Assembly (NCBI GenBank): GCA_963662335.2
Contig: CAXXVD010000001.1
Location: 640,001-704,000 of the forward strand
Source of the DNA: Chloroflexota bacterium
Lineage (GTDB): Bacteria; Chloroflexota; UBA11872; VXOZ01
Length of the DNA stretch: 64,000 bases
Direction of reading: 5' to 3'
Position 1 is the first letter of the stretch. Each line of letters starts with the position of its first letter. Under the pieces are notes generated by a model. The model was not told where the DNA came from and did no database searches. It was given only the letters and a program-made list of their open reading frames with translations. This document shows, one piece after another, positions 9,954-20,575 of this stretch. A program made the position numbers and the translations under genes.

Positions 9954-10967
9954 ATGAGCAAGCGCGCGCCCATTCGCTCCATTCACGTCGGCGTGGGCCG
10001 CCGGGGCCGCTGGCCGTTGGACGTGCTCACCGCAGACCCGCGCTTTCAACCGGCGGCCCTGGTCGACGTTTCGCCGCAGTTGCTGGCGGAAGCGCAGGCG
10101 GTGACGGGTTTGGACGAGTCGGCCTCTTTCTCGGGCCTCGACGCGGCGCTCGCCACGGTGCCGGCGGATGCGGTCATCATCTGCACGCCCACGGAGTTTC
10201 ACGCGCCGCTGGCCCGGCTGGCGTTCGCGGCCGGCAAGCACGTGCTGGTTGAGAAAGGCATGACGACCAACTGGCAAGATGCCATTGCGCTGGTAGCTGA
10301 TGCGGAAAGCGCCGGCGTGAAGTTCTGCGTCTCGCAGAACTACCGCTACCGGCCCGAAATCGTCACGCTAAAGGCGGCCGTTGACAGCGGCGACTACGGC
10401 ACACCCCACCTGATCGACCTCATTCACCACCGTCACCGGCCCGCGCCGCGCACGCTGGACTATCCCTTCGCCATGGTCTGGGACATGAGCGTGCACCACC
10501 TGGACAACCTGGTCTGCTGCTTTGGGCCGGTGGCCGAAGTTTCCGCGCGCAGTTTCACCGCGCCCTGGTCACAGTACCCCCACGACGCGGGCATAGCGGG
10601 CGCTCTGCAATTCGTGAGCGGCGCCGTTGCCACCTACGCCATGTCGTTTATCGCGAGCTTCAACGATTACCGCTTCGTCGTGCAAAGCGCGGCGGGCGCG
10701 CTGGCCTGGGACGGCGCCGGCTGGCAGTGGCAGCCAACGCCGGACGCGGACTCGGGCAAAGCGCCGCCGCCGCAACCCGTGCCTCACGCGCCGGCCCCGG
10801 CCCGCAGCGAACAAGCGGTGATCGACGACTTCTACCGCTACGTCGTAGACGGGATTGAACCCGAAGTCAGCGGGCGCAATAACCTGGAAGTCCTGCGCGC
10901 CTGCGAGATGCTCTGCCGCTCCAGCCAAACAGAGCGCACCGTGCGGCGGGATGACGTGCCGGAATGA
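9954..10967 (+). CDS. Gfo/Idh/MocA family oxidoreductase
   Basis: HVGVGRRG, GKHVLVEK, QNYRY, DMSVHHLD; AGGAGG RBS. Confidence 0.9.
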   Translation: MSKRAPIRSIHVGVGRRGRWPLDVLTADPRFQPAALVDVSPQLLAEAQAVTGLDESASFSGLDAALATVPADAVIICTPTEFHAPLARLAFAAGKHVLVEKGMTTNWQDAIALVADAESAGVKFCVSQNYRYRPEIVTLKAAVDSGDYGTPHLIDLIHHRHRPAPRTLDYPFAMVWDMSVHHLDNLVCCFGPVAEVSARSFTAPWSQYPHDAGIAGALQFVSGAVATYAMSFIASFNDYRFVVQSAAGALAWDGAGWQWQPTPDADSGKAPPPQPVPHAPAPARSEQAVIDDFYRYVVDGIEPEVSGRNNLEVLRACEMLCRSSQTERTVRRDDVPE

Positions 10968-10983
10968 GTAGAGCCACCTTACG

Positions 10984-11176
10984 TGTCATTCCGAGCGCAG
11001 CGAGGAATCTAGTGGTCGCTGCGCCCTGGATTCTTCGTCGCTGCGCTCCTCAGAATGACAATCGATCAGTTCGTTCGGTTTGGACAGGTGACGCTCCGCG
11101 AGGCTGATCCGCCGCACGTGGACGTGGATATGACACAAGAGCAAAGAGGTAGGGGCACGGCATGCCGTGCCCCTAC
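10984..11176. repeat. TGTCATTC REP doublet (10984-11060) plus GTAGGGGC REP (11149-11176) between convergent genes
   Basis: Same arms as the 5720 element in opposite orientation. Confidence 0.85.
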
Positions 11177-11253
11177 CTGCCCCATGCGGAATTCCCTTAA
11201 CGCTCGCTGCGTAGCGCAGCACGACCCGTCATGCGAGATGCCGCGTGCTCAGG

Positions 11254-12645
11254 CTATTCCGACTTTTCCTTGTACTCAGCCAGCACCGCATCCATGCGCT
11301 TGGCGGCCTCGTTGAGGTTGGACTCCACCTCGCCGGGCGACTCGCCAAAGATAACCTTATGCGCCTCGCGCATGATGCCGCTGCATTCGCCGTACGTCGG
11401 CCAGTACTGGAAGTTGAACGCCAGGCCGTTGTACATGCGATTCAGCATGAAGTCGGTCTGAATTTGCGCCTTATCCGGCTCCAGGAAGCTGTAGTACTGC
11501 TCCCACAGCGCGCGGTCGGAAACCGGCAGCGGCTGGCCCTGGCCCAATGCCACCCACTGTTTCCAACCCTCGATACCGCCGATCCACTCGGCAAGGAGCC
11601 AGGCGGTGTCGTGGTCCGCATGGGACTCCGCGATCGACCACAGGTGACCTTGGGAAAAGTGCTTCTGGTCCATGGGTCCCGCGGGATACGTATGGGCCTT
11701 CCATTCGAACGGCACGTTGCCCTCGTTACGGAAGTTGACCCACCAGGGATCGTTGCCCCAGGCGTCCCACGTGGCATAGTACCCTTGATGGGCGCCGAGG
11801 CCGCTTTCCTGGGGATTGCCCGGCGTGGGTATGCTGCGGTCGGCATACGCCATATCTTGGTAGATGGTGTACATGGCAACCGGGCCCGGACCATTGACGA
11901 GCGACTTGGTCTGCTCTTCGTTCACCCAAAAGTGTTGGCCGTAGTTCCACATCACCGCAAAGTTGTCAGAGCCGGAGTTGTTCGCAAGATTCCTGGTGCC
12001 CCAGATGTTCTCCTCCCGATCGGCTGTGCGCTTCGCAACTTCGCGCAGGTCGTCCATCGTCCAGTCTTCGGCCGGCAATTCCAATCCGGCGTTCTGGAAG
12101 ATGGTCGCGTTGAGATAGATCAGGGTGCCGTTGAAGTCCTGCGCCGTGCCCCAGATGCGGCCCTGATACGACATGGCCTCACGCATCGGCTGGACGTAAT
12201 GCTCCAGGCTGGCAGTCGCGCTCGCTTTGACGCGATCGGTTACGTCAAGCACGATGCCGCGCTCGACGTAATTGGACTTGAATTGCGCCCACATGTTCCA
12301 GACGTCCGGCGGCACGCCCGCCGTAATCTGAGAAAGGAGCTTGGGGTTGTACTCGCTGAACGCCGTGATGGTCGCTTCCGCTTCATAGTCGCCGGCAAAG
12401 GTCTCGTTGAAGACACCGAGGACATTCACGTACCGCTCGAGCACCGCGGCGTTGCCATAGCTATGAATGGAGAGCTGCTGCACCTCTTTGGCCGGCGCCT
12501 CTTGGGCGGCCTCCTTGGGCGCTTCCTTCTCCGCCACGGCCTCTTCTTCGGCTGCCGGGGCCGTCTGCACCGCGCCACAGGCGGCGGCCACCAATGCCGT
12601 CGCCGCTACGCCGCTGAATCGGAGAAAGTCTCTACGGGTAAGCAT
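11254..12645 (-). CDS. ABC transporter sugar-family solute-binding lipoprotein (Tat)
   Basis: TRRDFL, AAAC lipobox, GVPPDV, NAGLELPAEDWTMDD. Confidence 0.9.
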   Translation of the reverse strand: MLTRRDFLRFSGVAATALVAAACGAVQTAPAAEEEAVAEKEAPKEAAQEAPAKEVQQLSIHSYGNAAVLERYVNVLGVFNETFAGDYEAEATITAFSEYNPKLLSQITAGVPPDVWNMWAQFKSNYVERGIVLDVTDRVKASATASLEHYVQPMREAMSYQGRIWGTAQDFNGTLIYLNATIFQNAGLELPAEDWTMDDLREVAKRTADREENIWGTRNLANNSGSDNFAVMWNYGQHFWVNEEQTKSLVNGPGPVAMYTIYQDMAYADRSIPTPGNPQESGLGAHQGYYATWDAWGNDPWWVNFRNEGNVPFEWKAHTYPAGPMDQKHFSQGHLWSIAESHADHDTAWLLAEWIGGIEGWKQWVALGQGQPLPVSDRALWEQYYSFLEPDKAQIQTDFMLNRMYNGLAFNFQYWPTYGECSGIMREAHKVIFGESPGEVESNLNEAAKRMDAVLAEYKEKSE

Positions 12646-12697
12646 CGTCCCTCTCCTTACCTGATTAGGGATGTTCGATCCCGCTGACCTAGGGGAA

Positions 12698-12726
12698 ACT
12701 CTAATCTACATTGGAGAGCGTGTCAA
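12698..12726 (-). promoter_or_regulatory. sigma70-type promoter
   Basis: TTGACA-17 bp-TAGAGT on minus strand. Confidence 0.55.
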
Positions 12727-12755
12727 TTGACCGCGCTCCGCGCGCGGCCGGACGC

Positions 12756-13919
12756 CTAGACCGCTCTCCGCGAATTACGGGCACGGCGCAGCGGCTGCAA
12801 GCGGCCGTACGTAACGCTGCGCCACACCCACTCCGCCGGCCCGAATTGGAACCAACTCAGCCACGCCTGCGACCACCACAGTTGCAGCGCCCAGACCGCG
12901 AACACGAAGACCAAGACGGTGCTGCGGGTCACGAACGCCGCGTCGCTGAGCAGCGTGGTCAAGACGAGCACGCCCAAGACCGTTTGCGTCAGGTAATTCG
13001 TCAGCGCCATCCGGCCCACGGCGCGGAGCCGCCGCTTGAGCCGGCTATCCAGGCCGTTGTTCCACAGTATGATGAGGCTTGCGTATCCCAGACACGCGGG
13101 AATCGTGCCGAGATGGTTCGGTACCTGCCCAATGAGCGCCACGCCGCGCCCGTAGTCTCCCACCGCCGTAACCACTACGCCCAACGCGGCCAGTCCCAGC
13201 CCAATGCCCAGCCCCATGGCGGCCGTCAAGCGGTACGTCCGCGGCGACATGCCGCCGTCCAGGAAGCCCATGCGGAAGAGCGCGGCGCCAATGAGCACCA
13301 TCCCCGGCCCCCGCACGATGTATGAGACCCACGAGAGATAGCCCAGCGTGGCGTCTTCCGCTTCCGTGGTCGACCACGTGCCGCCCACCGGCGCGCCGGC
13401 GTTGACGAGGGCTTGCCCGTAGAGGTCGCTGGCGACGCACAGCATGAACACCGCCGCGCCCAGCGCCAGCAGCGCCCGGTCCGGCAGCTTGCGCAGCGAA
13501 ATCAGAATGAAGGCCGACATGGCGTAGATCCACAGCACGTCGCCGTACCAGAGCCAGAAGTGCGCGACGCCGATACCCAGCAGCAAGACATTGCGCCAGA
13601 GGCTCAGCAGCACGGCGCGCCCGCCTCTTTCGGCGGCGCGGTCGATGAACAGGATGATGCCCGCGCCGAACAAGAGCGAAAACATCCCCATGAACTTCTG
13701 GTCGATGAAGATTTCGCCGAAGATGCCGATGGCCCAGTCCAGCCAGGTGTCCGTGCCGCCGGCGCTCACGTTGTAGTAGGCCGCTTCGACGAAGGCGAAC
13801 GAGACCGCGTTCATGAGCGGAATGCCCAACACGGCAATCCCGCGTATCAAGTCGAGGCTGGTGATGCGCGCGGGCTCGCCTATGGGGCCGGCCTCAGTGG
13901 TCTGAAAGCGTGCGGCCAT
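12756..13919 (-). CDS. DUF418 (YeiB-like) membrane protein
   Basis: RITSLDLIRGIAVLGI, KFMGMFSLLFGAG, WYGDVLWIYA, GRMALTNYLTQT, FGPAEWVWR. Confidence 0.9.
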   Translation of the reverse strand: MAARFQTTEAGPIGEPARITSLDLIRGIAVLGIPLMNAVSFAFVEAAYYNVSAGGTDTWLDWAIGIFGEIFIDQKFMGMFSLLFGAGIILFIDRAAERGGRAVLLSLWRNVLLLGIGVAHFWLWYGDVLWIYAMSAFILISLRKLPDRALLALGAAVFMLCVASDLYGQALVNAGAPVGGTWSTTEAEDATLGYLSWVSYIVRGPGMVLIGAALFRMGFLDGGMSPRTYRLTAAMGLGIGLGLAALGVVVTAVGDYGRGVALIGQVPNHLGTIPACLGYASLIILWNNGLDSRLKRRLRAVGRMALTNYLTQTVLGVLVLTTLLSDAAFVTRSTVLVFVFAVWALQLWWSQAWLSWFQFGPAEWVWRSVTYGRLQPLRRARNSRRAV

Positions 13920-14025
13920 CGCATTGCGCTCCTCGAGCAAGTAATGGGGGGCCCTAAGTACCAGTATACGGTGAATGGGCGCGCGCGGGTGCGGCTGGCA
14001 TAGCAGGTAACGCCCCCGTAACGTT

Positions 14026-15606
14026 CTACCGGCGCAGGAACGGCAGGCGCCGCCACGCCGTTCTTGCTTCCGGCACGCCGAGAAGCAGCGCCGCAAGGAC
14101 GTATATGGCGAGCAACACACCCCCATAGACGCTGAGCCGCAGGATGGCGGGCCATGCGGCCAACGGAACCAGCCACTGGAGGCCGCCGCTCACGCCCGCG
14201 GCCAGCAGCGCGCAGAGCAGCAAGGGCGGCATACCCGCCAGGAAGCGAAATCCCGGCACGCGCCGCGCCAACAAGAGCCACAGCCAGACCGCCTCCAGCA
14301 ACACCGCCAGCGAAATGCCCAGCGCCAGGCCGCCCTGCGCCAGCGGCTCCCTGAGCAGCAGCGCCAGCGCAATGCCCACACCCATGCTCGCGATCCCGAT
14401 TAGCACCGGCGTGCGCGTATCCTGGAGCGCAAAGAAGCCCCGGTTCAGCACCTCCACCGCGCCGTGCCCGGCCAGGCCGACCCCGAAGAAGAGCAACGCC
14501 CAGGCGGTGAGGTCGGTGGAGGCGGCGTCGAATTCCCCGCGCTGGAAGAGCGCGGCGACCACCAGCGGCGCGAAGAGCATCAGGCCGGCGGCGGACGGCA
14601 GCAGGAAGAAGAGCACGGCGCGCATGGCCGTGGTGAGTTGGCGCGCCAGCAGCGGCGTGGGACCGGGCGCGGCGGCCGCGGCAAAGCGGGGAAACCACGC
14701 CCGCGCCACCGCCATGCCGAACACCCCCAGCGGCAGCATCATCAGCGTCCAGGCGTAGTGCAATGCGGCTACGGCGCCTGCGCCCAACGCCGAGGCCAGC
14801 GTGACCATGATGAACATCAGCGCCAGATGGACGCTGACCAGCCCGGCCATGCGCGGCGCGGCGGCGCGCACCAGGCGCGTGAGTTCGGGCAAACGGGGAT
14901 CGAGCGTCAGGCGATAGCCCGGTCCCAAGGCGCGAAAGGCGGGAACCTGCACCAGCAGATGCAGTCCCGCGCCGATTAACACGCCAAACGCCACGCCGTA
15001 GATACCCCAGCGCGCCGCCAGCGCGACAACCCCAACGATGATCGCCGCATTGTAGAGCAACGGCGCGATGGCGGGCAACAAGAAGTGCCGCCGGGTGTGC
15101 AGCGTGGCCGTGAGCACTTCGCTGGCGGCGAGCAGCAACGGCGAGAACGCCACAATGCCCAGCAGCGCCACGGTGAGTGTGCGCGTCTCGGCGTCGAAAC
15201 CCGGCGTAAAGAGCGGCACGATCAGCGGCGCGAGCAGAATGACCGCGACCGCGAAGAAACCCACCGCCATGATGACGGCGTTGAGCGCCGTGCTGCTGAA
15301 GGCGCGCGCGGCCGCCGGGTCGTCGCGCCCCAGCACCTCCCGGTAGAGCGGGATGTAGGCCGAACTCAACGCGCCGCCGGCAAAGAGCAGGAACGCCAGA
15401 TCAGGCAGCCGGAACGCCGCCACGTAGGCGTCAAACTCCGCCGATGTCCCAAACCGCGCGCTGATGGCAACCTCCCGCGCCAGTCCCAACACCCGCGAGA
15501 GCACGAAACTCGCCATCAAAACCGCCGCGCCGCCAACCACGCTGCCGCCCCCAATGCGCAGCCACCACCACCGGCGGGAGGGTGTCGGCTTTTCAGATGC
15601 GGACAT
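14026..15606 (-). CDS. murJ: Lipid II flippase MurJ (MviN)
   Basis: SRVLGLARE, FG....DAYVAAFRLPD, GGALSSAYIP, FQRGEFD, FFALQDTRTP. Confidence 0.93.
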   Translation of the reverse strand: MSASEKPTPSRRWWWLRIGGGSVVGGAAVLMASFVLSRVLGLAREVAISARFGTSAEFDAYVAAFRLPDLAFLLFAGGALSSAYIPLYREVLGRDDPAAARAFSSTALNAVIMAVGFFAVAVILLAPLIVPLFTPGFDAETRTLTVALLGIVAFSPLLLAASEVLTATLHTRRHFLLPAIAPLLYNAAIIVGVVALAARWGIYGVAFGVLIGAGLHLLVQVPAFRALGPGYRLTLDPRLPELTRLVRAAAPRMAGLVSVHLALMFIMVTLASALGAGAVAALHYAWTLMMLPLGVFGMAVARAWFPRFAAAAAPGPTPLLARQLTTAMRAVLFFLLPSAAGLMLFAPLVVAALFQRGEFDAASTDLTAWALLFFGVGLAGHGAVEVLNRGFFALQDTRTPVLIGIASMGVGIALALLLREPLAQGGLALGISLAVLLEAVWLWLLLARRVPGFRFLAGMPPLLLCALLAAGVSGGLQWLVPLAAWPAILRLSVYGGVLLAIYVLAALLLGVPEARTAWRRLPFLRR

Positions 15607-15691
15607 GGTGAGGTAGCGAGCGATTTCGGGGAGAAGCAGGAGAAGCTATCACTATCGCCAACTTGAGTGCTAACTTAAGCGTGCAAGAGAA

Positions 15692-15732
15692 GCAGCCGTT
15701 CGTCCTGAGCCTGTCGAAGGATGAACGGCTGC
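15692..15732. repeat. CCGTTCGTCCTGAGCCTGTCGAAGG-family palindrome
   Basis: Relatives at 36306, 36488, 47094, 47164, 61778. Confidence 0.8.
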
Positions 15733-16019
15733 GAGATGCGCGTCGAACAGTCGCGGATACCGTGCCCGGCAGACTCCGCGCGCTATGTCTGTGAAATAGT
15801 GCGAAAAGAGAACGGGCTATGCCGAAATCTCCCTGCTCTTGCCAAGAAAGCCCGGAGTTTGGGGGAACTCCCACAGCAGAATCATACTAGCACAGTAGGC
15901 AATTGTGCCAGTACTAGGCTTGACCGAGAGAAGGGCGCGGTAGTCTAAGGAGCGGGGCCTGGGGCCGTTGAAGCGATCGCGATGCAGAAGTCAATATGGA
16001 TGTTACGAGCAAGCGAGAA

Positions 16020-16958
16020 CTACGCGCACTGGTAGGCGCGCTGCAGCAAGCTGCCGTAGTGCTTGTGATTGCGCAATGGCTCAAACGTCTCGGAATTCAA
16101 CATAAACAGCAAGCCCTTTCCGTGATCTCCGCACGTTAGCTCATCGTCTATGGTAGCGTCGAGATGGTGCAATGCGCCGTCCAGATCGCCGTGCTTCAGG
16201 CAATATTGGGCCTGCTGGTAGTTGAGCATGCAAAATTCGTCATCGAAGGCAATACCGGCGCGCACTGCCGCTTCCGCTTCCGCGTCTCTGCCGAGGTCTC
16301 CCAGAGTTTCGGCCAGACTGCTGTAGGCGGCTGCCATTGCCCGCTGCTGACCCCCGGCAAACCTCCACGACGACACCGGATGCGCTCGCAGACACTCCAA
16401 CGCGGCCTGCCGATGTGCCAACGCGCATTCTCGCTTGCTCTCTGCGGCCCGTTTGCGTGCCTCATAGCCATCGACATCGCCCGCTTGGGCACGCTTGACT
16501 CCCAACTTGAGTTCATGTTCTGCGCTGGCGCAATAGAGTGAGCCGAGCCTCTCGCAAACCAGCCAATTTGGCCCCTGTGCCGCTAGTTTTTGTTCTAGGC
16601 GCGCTATTGCTTCTTGATTCGGACCTCGTGGCGTTCGTTCGTAGCGCGCGAGAAAGCCGAGCGGGCCGTTTGGCGCTTGCGCAATCCACCTAACGAGTTT
16701 GTAGCCCCACAACGGAAGCAGCCACCTCTTGCCGAAGTGCGCGCGCAGCAATTCACGGTTGAGTTCATGGACCGAACCAAGGGCGGCCAGGGCTTTCCGC
16801 TCCGCGCGCCCTTGCTTGGCGCGGGCGGCCACCCGCTGCGCAACTGCGTCTTCCAGGTGCGCGCGGAGTTCGTCCCTAACCTCATTGCGTTTCGGGTTTG
16901 GCAGTCCCGCCACTGCCTTGCGCAGAAAGCGTTCCGTTTTCGGCTGTAAGCGCGCCAT
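16020..16958 (-). CDS. HAAS/permease-prefix domain protein with C-terminal TPR-like helices
   Basis: N-terminal FLRKAVAGLP..RNEVRDELRAHLEDA...ALAALGS..EL; C-terminal AYSSLAETLGDLGRDAEAEA and YQQAQYCLKHGDLDGALHHL. Confidence 0.7.
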   Translation of the reverse strand: MARLQPKTERFLRKAVAGLPNPKRNEVRDELRAHLEDAVAQRVAARAKQGRAERKALAALGSVHELNRELLRAHFGKRWLLPLWGYKLVRWIAQAPNGPLGFLARYERTPRGPNQEAIARLEQKLAAQGPNWLVCERLGSLYCASAEHELKLGVKRAQAGDVDGYEARKRAAESKRECALAHRQAALECLRAHPVSSWRFAGGQQRAMAAAYSSLAETLGDLGRDAEAEAAVRAGIAFDDEFCMLNYQQAQYCLKHGDLDGALHHLDATIDDELTCGDHGKGLLFMLNSETFEPLRNHKHYGSLLQRAYQCA

Positions 16959-17259
16959 CGATAGCCTCCACCAGTGTGCGCCAGTGTGCGCGGCGTTCGG
17001 CCAGCGCCTTGCGGCCCCGCGCCGTCAAGCGGTAGTACCTGCGCCGCGGCCCGCGCGGGCTCTCTTGCCAGTACGGCTTCACCAGCCCCTCGGCCGCCAG
17101 GCGGTGCAGCGCCGGATAGAGCGTGCCCTCTTTGAAGACTAGCACGCCGTTCGTGCGCTCCCGCAGCGCCTCGGCAAGTTCGAACCCGTACATGGGCCGG
17201 GTTGCCAGCAGATCGAGCAGCAGCAGGCTGGCCGTGCCTTTGCGCAATTCGCGTAACAT
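16882..17259 (-). CDS. PadR family transcriptional regulator
   Basis: ELRKGT..LLLLDLL..RPMYGFEL, KEGTLYPALHRL...GLV, PRRRYYRLT..G. Confidence 0.93.
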   Translation of the reverse strand: MLRELRKGTASLLLLDLLATRPMYGFELAEALRERTNGVLVFKEGTLYPALHRLAAEGLVKPYWQESPRGPRRRYYRLTARGRKALAERRAHWRTLVEAIDGALTAENGTLSAQGSGGTAKPETQ

Positions 17260-17260
17260 G

Positions 17261-17294
17261 TATATAGAATATCTAAGTAGCTGGCCGATGGCAA
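17261..17294 (-). promoter_or_regulatory. Promoter for leaderless padR transcript with overlapping imperfect palindrome
   Basis: TTGCCA-17 bp-TATTCT ending 6 nt before the ATG; no RBS; TATATAGA-ATA-TCTAAGTA overlaps the -10. Confidence 0.7.
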
Positions 17295-17402
17295 GGGGTA
17301 TGCTCATGAAATTCAAAAGATTCTAATGGAATCAGCAGTTTTGGGCCTGGGTTGGCCAAAGGTGTAACCGTGATCGTCCCTGGGCCCGAGCCAACTTTCA
17401 AC

Positions 17403-17510
17403 TGTCATTCTGAGGAGCGCAGCGACGAAGAATCTAGTGTAGGGTACCCTTTAGATTCCTCGCTGCGCTCGGAATGACGGGAACCGCTGCGCTCAGAATG
17501 ACAGGAACCG
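17403..17510. repeat. TGTCATTC REP doublet with 24-bp duplicated right end
   Basis: Arms match the 5720 copy; CGCTGCGCTC(G/A)GAATGAC(G/A)GGAACCG repeated. Confidence 0.85.
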
Positions 17511-17666
17511 CCGCCTTGCAAGGGCTACAAGCCTGGGTCTACTTATTCCCAATTTTCTTTGTCACATCCGCAGAATCCATGCCGCACCTGTGCGCCGTGC
17601 CGTATAATGAGGGACAAGAGGATCCAGCGAGCGTGTGCGTTTCATTCAGCAGAGGAGGGACTGCCG

Positions 17667-19208
17667 GTGATACGGAACGATACCGCCGGGAGTGAGGGCA
17701 TAGCCACCACACTTGCGCCCTTGGCTCCCGCCAGCGACCCCGCGTCCAACGCCAAGTTGGTGAAGCAGGGGCTTACGTTCGACGACGTTGTGCTCATCCC
17801 CGACTATTCCGCCGTGCTGCCCAAAGACGCCGACACCCGCGCCTGGCTGACCCCGTCCATTGCCCTCAATATCCCGCTCGTTTCCGCCGCCATGGATACC
17901 GTGACCGAAGCGCGGCTGGCGATTGCCCTGGCGCGGGAAGGCGGCATCGGCGTGATCCACCGCAACCTGGAAGTGGACGTGCAGGCCGCCGAGGTGGACA
18001 AGGTCAAGCGCTCGGAAGCCGGCATGATCGTCGACCCCATCACCCTGGGCCCCAACGCCACCGTGCGCCAGGCCGTGGACCTCATGGAACGCTACCACAT
18101 CTCCGGCGTGCCGATCACCGAGAACGGCAAGCTGGTGGGCATCCTCACCAACCGCGACATCCGCTTCGAGGAAAACCTCGACCAGCCCGTGCAGAACGTG
18201 ATGACCAAGGAGAACCTGGTCACCGTGCCCGTGGGCACCACGTTGGAAGAGGCCAAGGAAATCCTGCGCCGCCACCGCATCGAGAAAGTGCCGGTGGTGG
18301 ACGACGCTTTCATGCTCAAAGGGCTTATAACCGTTAAGGATATTGCGAAGAAGATACAGTTTCCGCTGGCGACCAAGGACGAAAAAGGCCGCCTGCGCGT
18401 GGGCGCGGCCGTGGGCACCAGCGTGGAGGGCATCACCCGCGCCCGGGAGGCGGTTGCGGCCGGCGTGGACGTGCTGGTGCTGGATAGCGCCCACGGCCAC
18501 TCGGCGGGCGTGATCGAGACGCTGCGCAAGTTCAAGACGCTCTTCGACGTGCCCGTGATTGCCGGCAACATCGCCACGGCCGCCGCGGCGGCAGACCTGA
18601 TCGCGGCCGGCGCAGACGCGCTGAAAGTCGGCGTGGGGCCGGCCTCCATCTGCACCACGCGGGTGGTGACCGGCACCGGCGTGCCCCAGATTACGGCCAT
18701 CAGCGACGTGGCCGGCGTGGCCAACCAGCACGGCATTCCCGTGATCGCCGACGGCGGCATCCAATACGCCGGCGACGTGGCCAAAGCCATTGCTGCCGGC
18801 GCGGACACGGTGATGATCGGCTCGCTCTTCGCCGGCGTGGAAGAAAGCCCCGGCGAGGTGGTGCTCTACCAGGGCGAACAGTTTAAAGAATACCGCGGCA
18901 TGGGCTCCCTGGGCGCGATGAAGGCCCGCACCGCCAGCCGCGACCGCTACTTCCAGGACTACATCGGCGAGGAATCGAAGCTGGTGCCGGAAGGCATCGA
19001 AGGCCGCGTGCAGTACAAGGGGCCGCTCTCGGCCATGGTGACCCAACTGGTCGGCGGCCTGCGCCAGGCCATGGGCTACTGCGGCGCGCCCTCTATCCAG
19101 GACATGAAAACCCACGCCCGCTTCGTCCGCATGTCCCCCGCCGGCCTCCGCGAAGCCCACCCCCACGACGTGGTGCTGACCAAGGAAGCGCCGAATTACT
19201 CGCGGTAA
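17667..19208 (+). CDS. guaB: IMP dehydrogenase
   Basis: [21 protein letters not shown] pair, [23 protein letters not shown]. Confidence 0.97.
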   Translation: MIRNDTAGSEGIATTLAPLAPASDPASNAKLVKQGLTFDDVVLIPDYSAVLPKDADTRAWLTPSIALNIPLVSAAMDTVTEARLAIALAREGGIGVIHRNLEVDVQAAEVDKVKRSEAGMIVDPITLGPNATVRQAVDLMERYHISGVPITENGKLVGILTNRDIRFEENLDQPVQNVMTKENLVTVPVGTTLEEAKEILRRHRIEKVPVVDDAFMLKGLITVKDIAKKIQFPLATKDEKGRLRVGAAVGTSVEGITRAREAVAAGVDVLVLDSAHGHSAGVIETLRKFKTLFDVPVIAGNIATAAAAADLIAAGADALKVGVGPASICTTRVVTGTGVPQITAISDVAGVANQHGIPVIADGGIQYAGDVAKAIAAGADTVMIGSLFAGVEESPGEVVLYQGEQFKEYRGMGSLGAMKARTASRDRYFQDYIGEESKLVPEGIEGRVQYKGPLSAMVTQLVGGLRQAMGYCGAPSIQDMKTHARFVRMSPAGLREAHPHDVVLTKEAPNYSR

Positions 19209-19263
19209 CTGCTCAAATGGGTACGATTGAGGATGCCCCACCCTTACAACCGGAGAACTTCTG

Positions 19264-20565
19264 ATGCTGGATGCACAGGATGCCACCCTGGTTGCCGACA
19301 CGTCGCTCTATGGTTCCTTTCGTGACAGCCTTCGCGCGCCGGTGCATCGGTGGTTCACGTATCCGGCAGGATTCTCGCATCGATTAGTCGAGCGAAAAAT
19401 CCATACCGCCGATGTACAGGCTGGCGATGTTGTTGGCGACCCCTTCGCTGGCACTGGCACAACATTGCTGGCGGCAAAGCTATTGGGTATTCGCTCAATT
19501 GGAACTGAAGCACACCCTTTTGTGCGTTGGGTTGCGGACACAAAGCTTCACTTGGATTTCGACTTGTCCCGTGTCAAGTCCGATGCAGAAGCGATAATTC
19601 GTTCCGCTGAAAGAAAGGCGCCGCAAACCGAATACTTGGGTCTGTGGCCGGACCTGATCTACAAGTGCTTCACCGCCAGCAACCTACAGCAGCTTGCCGC
19701 GTTGCGTGGGTCTATCCTTGATCTCGACTCGCAGCAGCCGGAAACACAGTTGCTAAAGTTAGCTTTGACTTCCACATTGCGGGTTGTTACGACTGCCGGA
19801 GCCGGCTGGCCGTACATTGCCCCAAGCAAGTATCAGGCGCGCACGGTGCATCGGGATGCCTGTCACGAGTTTCGCCGCTTTCTTGAATTGATGATTAGTG
19901 ACATTGAGACGACACGGTTTGTGGGACAGGATGCCCCGCACGTTTTGGTTCAGGGCGATGCCCGGCGCTTTGACGAATACTTTGAAAATGAGTCCGCGAC
20001 GCTGTTGGTTACTTCACCGCCATACATGAATAATTACGACTATGCCGATCGCACGCGGCTCGAGACATACTTCTGGGGTCTCTACTCTAGCTGGGGTGAA
20101 ATCACGACCCAAGTCCGCGATCACCTCATTATGGCGGCGACCACGCAAGTACGGATGCAGTCCATGAATGGTATTCGCGCGTGTCCGGGTATACGCCAGG
20201 CGGCGCCGGGCGTCTATGACCGCCTACAAGATATCATTGCGAGGCTAGGGGAGAAGCGCCGAATCAAGCGCGGCAAGAAGACCTATGATTTGGTCACCGC
20301 CGGTTATTTCGAGGACATGCTTCTCACACTTCAAGCCTGCTACAAGGTCTTGAAGTCGGGCGGTCAAATGGTCTTGGTGTTAGGCGATTCGGCGCCCTAT
20401 GGGGTCCATATTCCGACTGACGAGCTTATTGGGCAATTGGGCGAGAGTATAGGTTTTTCCGGGTACGAACTAGAGGTGTTGCGGCAACGCGGTGGAAAGT
20501 GGGGCCACAATTCCCAACGCCATAAGGTGCCGCTACGCGAGAGCATCGTGACACTGACAAAGTAA
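19264..20565 (+). CDS. Amino-DNA methyltransferase (alpha group, probably N4-cytosine)
   Basis: DPFAGTGTT (motif I) precedes VTSPPY (motif IV); lower GC than flanks. Confidence 0.88.
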   Translation: MLDAQDATLVADTSLYGSFRDSLRAPVHRWFTYPAGFSHRLVERKIHTADVQAGDVVGDPFAGTGTTLLAAKLLGIRSIGTEAHPFVRWVADTKLHLDFDLSRVKSDAEAIIRSAERKAPQTEYLGLWPDLIYKCFTASNLQQLAALRGSILDLDSQQPETQLLKLALTSTLRVVTTAGAGWPYIAPSKYQARTVHRDACHEFRRFLELMISDIETTRFVGQDAPHVLVQGDARRFDEYFENESATLLVTSPPYMNNYDYADRTRLETYFWGLYSSWGEITTQVRDHLIMAATTQVRMQSMNGIRACPGIRQAAPGVYDRLQDIIARLGEKRRIKRGKKTYDLVTAGYFEDMLLTLQACYKVLKSGGQMVLVLGDSAPYGVHIPTDELIGQLGESIGFSGYELEVLRQRGGKWGHNSQRHKVPLRESIVTLTK

Positions 20566-20575
20566 GGGTTAATCA

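Noticed and set aside
15646-15673. CIRCE element (GAGTGCTAA half-site)
   Set aside because: The left arm matches only 6/9 with wrong spacing, and it lies upstream of murJ rather than a chaperone
15920-15946. Promoter TTGACC..TAGTCT for a small RNA antisense to the HAAS gene
   Set aside because: Spacer only 15 bp and no terminator or structure support
17595-17666. Purine riboswitch before guaB (CGTATAAT)
   Set aside because: No TATGG/TTTCTACC loops; TATAAT is better read as a -10 box
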